Source of the DNA: a bacterium
Lineage (GTDB): Bacteria > Hinthialibacterota > Hinthialibacteria > Hinthialibacterales > Hinthialibacteraceae
Length of the DNA: 21,599 bases
Assembly: GCA_041946805.1 (NCBI GenBank)
Contig: JBHGBC010000103.1
Coordinates: forward strand, 1-21,599
Reading direction: 5' to 3'
Shown here: in pieces, positions 15,935 to 21,599 of the stretch
How the letters are laid out: every line of letters starts with the position of its first letter
Position numbering within the stretch: position 1 is the stretch's first letter
Program-made: the position numbers and the translations under genes
Notes under the pieces: generated by a model
Databases searched by the model: none
What the model was told of the DNA's origin: nothing
Seen by the model: the letters and a program-made list of their open reading frames with translations, nothing else

Positions 15935-18631
15935 ATGAAAAACGGGCACATAACCATGATACGGATTCGAATCAACTTCATTTTTGCGGTATTCATCGTG
16001 GCTTGCGTGTTTTCGTCGATTCCTCTTCAGGCGCCGGCGCAAGAAGCCCCCGCCATCAAGGTGTTTTCGTATACGGAAGATTCCCCGATGCGGCAGGTCA
16101 ATCAAAACGGGGATCTGGAGCGGGTCACGGGCGCGCGGTTCGTGGGCGTGAGCGCGTATGGGCAAGGCTGCCAGGTGCGGCCGGGAGAAGGGCGGAATCA
16201 ATCCACTGCCGCTTATTGCGAAAATACCGAGGGTGACGGCGCGTACGGCCTCCAATGGTCGATCACTTTGAACCAGAAACGCCCGGAAGCGGTGCATTTC
16301 AGCGGATGGAGCCGGGCGGAGAATGTCGAGGGCGCGCCCAACAGCAATTACTCGCTTTACGTCGATCTCATCTATCAGGATGGCACTCCCATGTGGGGCG
16401 AGAATGTTCCCTTCAGCGCGGGCACGCATGATTGGGAATACAAGCAAGTGGTGGTGATCCCCGAAAAGCCAATCAAGCAACTTTCCTGCTACGCCCTGTT
16501 CCGGAATCAAAAGGGACGCGTCTGGTTCGATGATCTGGCCGTGCGGGTGTTGGAGACTCCCGCGGGACTCCAGTTGTTGGATACGCTCCCGGCGTACATC
16601 CAACTTCCCGTTTCCGTTCCCGGGGATACCACGAAGAGCCAAACGGGAGACGGTTTGACCGTGTCCCTCAATTCCAAAGATGGACGAATCGCGGCGGTTC
16701 GTTCGGGGGACAAGCCGCTTCCTCTTTCCGGCTCGCCGTCCGGATTTTTAGTTCGGGATGTGGCGGCCGGATCGGATTATTACTCGTTGATGGAAGGTCA
16801 ATCCCAGCAGCTGGGCCTGGAGGTGCAATTCACCGCCGAGGCCCGCCCGCACGCGATTTATTTCTCGGGGAAGCTGAAGGATCTCACCGGAAAGCCCCGC
16901 GCGGTTTCGCTGATCTACGCGCTGCCGCTCGAGGCCGCCGGATGGCAATGGTGGGACCATCCCCGCGCGTTCCGGACCATCCAGGAATCCGAGGAATACA
17001 ACAACCACGTCACCATCGGCACGGGGACCAACGGCAAAATGTCCCGCTATCCCTTCGCCTGCCTGACCTCGGAAACCGCGGGCATGGCCCTGGGCGTGGA
17101 TATGGGATCCCCGGCCCAGTGGCGGCTGGGTTACAGCGCGGGATTGAAAATGCTTTACATTGCCTTCGATTTCAGCCTGCATCCCGCCACGGAACGGTTC
17201 CCCTCCCAGGCCCCTTTCGCGTTTGTTTTGTACCAAACCGGTCCCGCCTGGGGGTTCCGGGCCGCGGCGGAGAAGTATTACCAGATCTTTCCCACGTATT
17301 TCGAAGTCCGCAGCCGGGAGCAGGGCATCTGGATGCCGTTCACCGATGTCAGCACCGTGCAAGGCTGGCAGGATTTCGGCTTCAAGTATCACGAGGGCAA
17401 CAACAACGTTCCGTTTGATGACCAGAACAACATCCTCAGTTTCCGCTACACCGAACCTTCCACCTGGTGGATGTCCATGCCCGAGGAGACGCCCCGGACC
17501 TACGAAGCCGCCATGGAGATGGTGAAACAATACGCCGAATCGGAGGACAGCTCGTCGCGGCGGACACGGGCGCGTTCGCTGCTGGCGTCGGGATCCCACG
17601 ATCCCAGCGGCCGGTTTCAGATGCAGTTCCGGAACGAGCCGTGGGCGAACGGCGCGGTGTTCAGCCTCAATCCCAGCCCCTATTTGCCGGGGGAAATCAC
17701 CAACGCCGCGGAAATGTGGAACGCGCAACTCGCCGAGCAGTTGTACGGTTCCGGCGCCCGGTATGAGCAAGATGGAGAGTATCTCGATTCGCTGGAAGGT
17801 TATGTCACCGCCGATTTGAATTTCCGGGAGGATCATTTCAAATATGTCTCGGTTCCCTTGACCTTCACCCTGGATACCCGCCGGCCGGTGATCTACAAGG
17901 CGTTTTCGTTTTATGAATTCACGCGGAATCTCAGCGAAGACGTTCACCGCCTGGGCAAGTTGATGTTCGCCAACAGCGTGCCTCACCGGTATTCCTTCCT
18001 GTGTCCCTGGCTGGACGTGATGGGGACCGAGTCCAACTGGATCCAGAACAACCAGTTCGTCCCGGACAGCGATGAAATCATGAACTACCGCCGCGTGCTT
18101 TGCGCCAAGAAACCGTACTTGTTTCTGATGAACACGCGCTTCGAGAATCTGACGCCGGAGCGGGTGGAACAGTATTTCCAACGTTGTCTCTTCTACGGCA
18201 TGTTTCCCAGCATGTTCAGTCATAACGCCGCGGATGATCCGTACTGGCGGAATCCGGCACTGTACAACCGGGACCGGCCGCTGTTCAAAAAATATCAGCC
18301 GGTCATCAAGAAAGTGGCCGAGGCCGGGTGGGAGCCGGTCACCTATGTCCGCTCCTCGGAGCCGGATGTCTGGGTGGAGCGTTTCGGCCCGGACGGCGAG
18401 GGGAATTGTTACATCACGGTGTTGAATTCAGCGCCGCAAACCAAAGCCTGCAAGTTGGCGGGCGAGGGACCGTTAGCCGTCAAGACCGGTTGGGAGGATG
18501 CCGTCAACCACCAATCGGGGACCTGGGACAGCGGATTGGAGTCCCGCCTGGACGCGGGCCAAGTGCAGGTTTTTCATCTGGTCATCAAGAACGGATCGGA
18601 ATCCTCGATCCGCGAATTCGGCCGGATATAG
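15935..18631 (+). CDS. Large secreted protein: N-terminal CBM-like jelly-roll plus beta-sandwich and TIM-barrel (putative glycoside hydrolase)
   Basis: Signal peptide ending APA|QE (start 15935 or 15956). CBM-like NGDLE...FSGWSRAENV...GTHDW...VWFDDL. Catalytic-like DGEYLDSLE and LDVMGTE. The computed start at 15389 overlaps the upstream gene and is rejected. Confidence 0.75.
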   Translation: MKNGHITMIRIRINFIFAVFIVACVFSSIPLQAPAQEAPAIKVFSYTEDSPMRQVNQNGDLERVTGARFVGVSAYGQGCQVRPGEGRNQSTAAYCENTEGDGAYGLQWSITLNQKRPEAVHFSGWSRAENVEGAPNSNYSLYVDLIYQDGTPMWGENVPFSAGTHDWEYKQVVVIPEKPIKQLSCYALFRNQKGRVWFDDLAVRVLETPAGLQLLDTLPAYIQLPVSVPGDTTKSQTGDGLTVSLNSKDGRIAAVRSGDKPLPLSGSPSGFLVRDVAAGSDYYSLMEGQSQQLGLEVQFTAEARPHAIYFSGKLKDLTGKPRAVSLIYALPLEAAGWQWWDHPRAFRTIQESEEYNNHVTIGTGTNGKMSRYPFACLTSETAGMALGVDMGSPAQWRLGYSAGLKMLYIAFDFSLHPATERFPSQAPFAFVLYQTGPAWGFRAAAEKYYQIFPTYFEVRSREQGIWMPFTDVSTVQGWQDFGFKYHEGNNNVPFDDQNNILSFRYTEPSTWWMSMPEETPRTYEAAMEMVKQYAESEDSSSRRTRARSLLASGSHDPSGRFQMQFRNEPWANGAVFSLNPSPYLPGEITNAAEMWNAQLAEQLYGSGARYEQDGEYLDSLEGYVTADLNFREDHFKYVSVPLTFTLDTRRPVIYKAFSFYEFTRNLSEDVHRLGKLMFANSVPHRYSFLCPWLDVMGTESNWIQNNQFVPDSDEIMNYRRVLCAKKPYLFLMNTRFENLTPERVEQYFQRCLFYGMFPSMFSHNAADDPYWRNPALYNRDRPLFKKYQPVIKKVAEAGWEPVTYVRSSEPDVWVERFGPDGEGNCYITVLNSAPQTKACKLAGEGPLAVKTGWEDAVNHQSGTWDSGLESRLDAGQVQVFHLVIKNGSESSIREFGRI

Positions 18632-18646
18632 GTTCGCAATGCCGGT

Positions 18647-18674
18647 TTCACCGCCGCGGCGCGGAGGACGCCAA
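18647..18674. repeat. Degenerate intergenic repeat (TTCACCGCNGNGGCGCGGAGGACGC type)
   Basis: TTCACCGCCGCGGCGCGGAGGACGCCAA resembles a short intergenic repeat I recall from other genomes. Only one copy is present in this window. Confidence 0.3.
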
Positions 18675-18714
18675 TCGTGGAATGGATACATTTCATGAGG
18701 CAAGGAGAACCCCA

Positions 18715-19290
18715 GTGAACACCCAACGAACCGCCGAGCGGGCATTCACTCTCATCGAGCTGCTGATCGTGGTCGCGATCATCGGCATACTGGCGGCGAT
18801 CGCGGTGCCTAATTTTCTGAACGCGCAGACCCGGGCGAAGGTGGCGCGGTGCTACAGCGACATGCGGGCGCTGGCCTCGGCGTTCGACATGTACAACTTG
18901 GACAACAACGCCTATCCCTATTTTGGCGGCTCCCTGTGGTACTCCAACTTGATTTATCCGAAACTCACCACGCCGGTCGCTTACATGAACAGCATACCCC
19001 TCGATCCCTTCCTGGTATTGACTGATCCCCAGCGTCCGGAATTCCACGGCTTGTTTTATCCCGCCTGGAATGTGTATGAAGTCGTAAAGGCGGGCTCGAC
19101 GTGGGGAGGTTTGCCGGTCCTCAACGCCGTTCGGTCCGGCGCGCGCATCCTGATGGTCAGTTCGGGACCGGACAAGCACGAAGACATTGCCACCCAGACC
19201 GGTTTGTTTCCCTACCACCCCTCCAACGGCTTGGTTTCGGAAGGCGATATTTACCGCTTCACTCCGGGGGCGCAGGGCGATTCCGGATGA
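18715..19290 (+). CDS. Prepilin-type N-terminal cleavage/methylation domain protein (GspG-like pseudopilin), paralog of 11314-11883
   Basis: AGGAG at 18703-18707 before GTG 18715. RA|FTLIELLIVVAIIGILAAIAVPNFLNAQ, IPLDPF, SSGPD and SNGLVSEGDI. Confidence 0.92.
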   Translation: MNTQRTAERAFTLIELLIVVAIIGILAAIAVPNFLNAQTRAKVARCYSDMRALASAFDMYNLDNNAYPYFGGSLWYSNLIYPKLTTPVAYMNSIPLDPFLVLTDPQRPEFHGLFYPAWNVYEVVKAGSTWGGLPVLNAVRSGARILMVSSGPDKHEDIATQTGLFPYHPSNGLVSEGDIYRFTPGAQGDSG

Positions 19291-19356
19291 CCGCCGGCCG
19301 CAAATCGGGTAGGCATTGTTTCATACAGGTGAATGGATCCTGCTTTCTCCCCCCCA

Positions 19357-20661
19357 TCATCCCCGTCCACAGCATTTTTTGTATTTCCGGCCGCTGCCGC
19401 AGGGGCAGGGATCGTTGCGGCCGGCCGAGCCGGACGGGCGGGACGCGCGGATCGCGGCCAGCCGGCGCCGGGCGGCCGCTTCCTCGGCGGCCTGGCGGGC
19501 TTTCCAATCCGCGGCCAACCGGCGCAGTTCGGCGTCGGCGTGATTGAAGAACGTTTGGTAGGACCGGCAGAAGTGGTTGGAGCCGCGGTCGGCGGGATCG
19601 CGCAGGCGGTCCTTGGTGCATCCGCCCCGGCAATGCCGCAACCACGGGCATGCGGGACATTCCGGGGGAAGCTGGGATTTCATCCGGCCGAATCCGGATT
19701 GCCGGGGGTGGTTGAGAAAGTCCACCAGATTGCCCTTCATGAGGTTGCCGAGTTTCCAATCCGGTTCGACGAAAAAATCACAGGCATAGACATCGCCGTT
19801 GTGCTCGATAACGATGTAACACCCGCATTCTTCCATCAGGGTGCACTCGGGAGGCGCGAGATCGACATAGGTATGGAAGACGGAATCGAAATAACGTACC
19901 GAGATGGTGGCCAGGCCGTCGCGGAAATCCGCTTTCCAACAATCGAAGATTTCGCATAGGAATTCGCCATACTGTTCCGCGGTGACCGAGAACGGGGCGG
20001 CCCGGGCGGGATCGCGGGGATCACGCTCGACGCAGGGGATGAACTGCATATATTCGAAGCCTGTCTCCTTTAGATAGTTGTAGATTTCGCGGGGAAAGCG
20101 GGTGGAATAATCGTTCACGACCACCAGCGCGTTGGCCGCCACGCCCCGGCGCAGCAGAAGCCGGGCCTTGGCGTGGACCTTCTCCCACGAAGGGCGGCCG
20201 CCCACGGTGAGGCGGTAGCGGTCGTGGATGTGGGCGGGACCATCGAGCGAAAGGCCGAGGAGAAAGGAATACTCGGTGAAGAAATCGCACCACTCCTCGT
20301 CAATCAGCAGGCCGTTGGTCTGCAGGCCGTTGCCCACGATTTGTCCAGAGCGGCCGAATTGTTTCTGGAAAGCGACCGCCTGACGGAAGAAATCCAGGCC
20401 CATGAGAGTCGGTTCGCCGCCCTGCCAGCCGAAAGAGAGCGAGGGCTGGCCCGCGCTCATGACCTGGCGGACCAGTTCGCGGAGAATATCCGTGGACATG
20501 CGGTGAAGTTTCGCGCCGGGATAGAGCGAGGCTTTGTCGAGGTAAAAACAGTACGCGCAGTCGAGGTTGCAGTCCGCCCCGGCCGGTTTCACCAGCACCG
20601 AGGTCAAGTCTTTCTTCCGGACCGGCTGAATCACCGGCAAATCCATCGTGAGAGCGGCCAT
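19357..20661 (-). CDS. Anaerobic sulfatase maturase (anSME, AslB/ChuR family; radical SAM + SPASM) with C-terminal SEC-C motif
   Basis: KPAGADCNLDCAYCFY, WQGGEPTL, QTNG and SLDGP. SPASM cysteines CTLMEECG, YACD, CPACPWLRHCRGGC and HFC. C-terminal GRNDPCPCGSGRKYKKCCG. GAGGAG RBS precedes ATG 20661. Confidence 0.92.
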   Translation of the reverse strand: MAALTMDLPVIQPVRKKDLTSVLVKPAGADCNLDCAYCFYLDKASLYPGAKLHRMSTDILRELVRQVMSAGQPSLSFGWQGGEPTLMGLDFFRQAVAFQKQFGRSGQIVGNGLQTNGLLIDEEWCDFFTEYSFLLGLSLDGPAHIHDRYRLTVGGRPSWEKVHAKARLLLRRGVAANALVVVNDYSTRFPREIYNYLKETGFEYMQFIPCVERDPRDPARAAPFSVTAEQYGEFLCEIFDCWKADFRDGLATISVRYFDSVFHTYVDLAPPECTLMEECGCYIVIEHNGDVYACDFFVEPDWKLGNLMKGNLVDFLNHPRQSGFGRMKSQLPPECPACPWLRHCRGGCTKDRLRDPADRGSNHFCRSYQTFFNHADAELRRLAADWKARQAAEEAAARRRLAAIRASRPSGSAGRNDPCPCGSGRKYKKCCGRG

Positions 20662-20685
20662 TCTGGATTTCTCCTCGCGGGGATT

Positions 20686-20715
20686 AGTATACCCTTGGGG
20701 GACCCGGCCGATCAA
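20686..20715 (-). promoter_or_regulatory. Candidate sigma70 promoter for the anSME gene
   Basis: Minus strand: TTGATC (20715-20710), 18-nt spacer, TATACT (20691-20686), just upstream of the RBS. Confidence 0.45.
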
Positions 20716-20811
20716 CACGCCGCGGGTCTGGCGGGTGTTGTCCTAACGGCCAGGACGGCGAGCCTTTATAATCGCGGGCGGAAGTGATACGTGGACGAAT
20801 AACGGGGAACC

Positions 20812-21396
20812 ATGCGTTTTCTGTTGGTTATGCTTACGTTGGTTTGGCTTCTGTTCGGATGGATTTGCTACGATTCCATCCGGTGGCATGAGCCGTTGGA
20901 GATCCCCTGGCACGCCGAAGGCGCGTTGGAAGAGGAGAGCCGCCGGGCGGAGCGCTTCGGGCTGCCGGTGGAGGAATTCATCGAGCGGGAAATCATGCGC
21001 TGGACGGTGGTGATCAACGATCCCAATGTGGATGCCGTAACCCTGTCCAAGGCGCATTACCAGCTCGCCCGGTATTACTGGCTGGATGCCTATTTGGAGA
21101 GGTCGTACATCAAACAAATCGGATATTTGAAGAGATCGTTGAGTGAATTGAAATCCGCCCTGTCTTATCTCTATAACGCCCGGACGCAACTCAAGGCCGG
21201 CGGCCTGAACGAGGCGGACGAGATTGTGTACCTCTACAGCATCGCGGATATTTATCATCAACTCAAAGAGTACATCGAGGCGGAAAAATATTACCTGAAG
21301 GCCTTGCGCATGTCGCCGGTGCTCGACCCCCGCATCTACCGCCGGTACAACGAAATGTTGGCGGAGAGCGGCTTCGAGAGCAAGTTCAGCCCGTAG
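20812..21396 (+). CDS. Membrane-anchored or secreted TPR-containing protein
   Basis: Hydrophobic N-terminus MRFLLVMLTLVWLLFGWIC. Helical body with TPR-like SIADIYHQLKEYIEAEKYYLKALRMSP. TATAAT at 20767-20772. Confidence 0.7.
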   Translation: MRFLLVMLTLVWLLFGWICYDSIRWHEPLEIPWHAEGALEEESRRAERFGLPVEEFIEREIMRWTVVINDPNVDAVTLSKAHYQLARYYWLDAYLERSYIKQIGYLKRSLSELKSALSYLYNARTQLKAGGLNEADEIVYLYSIADIYHQLKEYIEAEKYYLKALRMSPVLDPRIYRRYNEMLAESGFESKFSP

Positions 21397-21478
21397 GGGA
21401 CACAAGGCCGCGTGAGTAAGACAAGTCATTTCTCTTTTTGCATGAAACGATTGATCGGCATGGAATGCTTTTCAGGAG

Positions 21479-21577
21479 CGCCAACCACGCGCCAGAAACG
21501 AGCCGAGGGCAACGCCCCGGGAAATTGGCGGTGAAAGTAATAATTCCCTCTCCCTCGGGGAGAGGGCTAGGGCTAGA
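21479..21577. repeat. Composite REP-like element, inverted relative to 14132-14233
   Basis: CGCCAACCACGCG...AGCCGAGGGCAACGCCCCGGGA followed by ATTCCCTCTCCC-TCG-GGGAGAGGGCTAGGG. Confidence 0.7.
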
Positions 21578-21599
21578 CCATATGGAACGACCGGCTCCG

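Noticed and set aside
19357..21396. RiPP cluster around the SPASM enzyme
   Set aside because: The enzyme has typical anSME motifs, and no precursor peptide or RRE/PqqD domain is visible.

Overview
Bacterial, mostly high-GC window with about 14 credible protein-coding genes and no rRNA, tRNA, CRISPR or transposase. The left end (about 110-3600) is an AT-rich segment. It holds the 3' part of a large DNRLRE-domain protein with a glycoside-hydrolase-like C-terminus, followed by a secreted beta-propeller. Next come a membrane protein, two family-2 glycosyltransferases and a B12-binding radical SAM enzyme. A divergent block follows. Leftwards it has a GT-C/GT87-like membrane protein, a GspG-like pseudopilin and a DUF6259-like hydrolase. 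Rightwards it has an FGE-sulfatase-domain protein, two secreted GH-like proteins and a second pseudopilin. An anaerobic sulfatase maturase (rSAM/SPASM/SEC-C) and a TPR protein end the window. Nearly every intergenic space carries degenerate REP-like palindromes of several families. The pseudopilin type suggests a Hinthialibacterota (OLB16)/Sumerlaeota-like host (inference only). The best leads are orphan variable pseudopilins sitting beside uncharacterised glycan-active enzymes, and a low-GC module that begins exactly at a 'DPT' domain boundary inside the first gene. All family calls come from motif recognition by eye; no database search was run.
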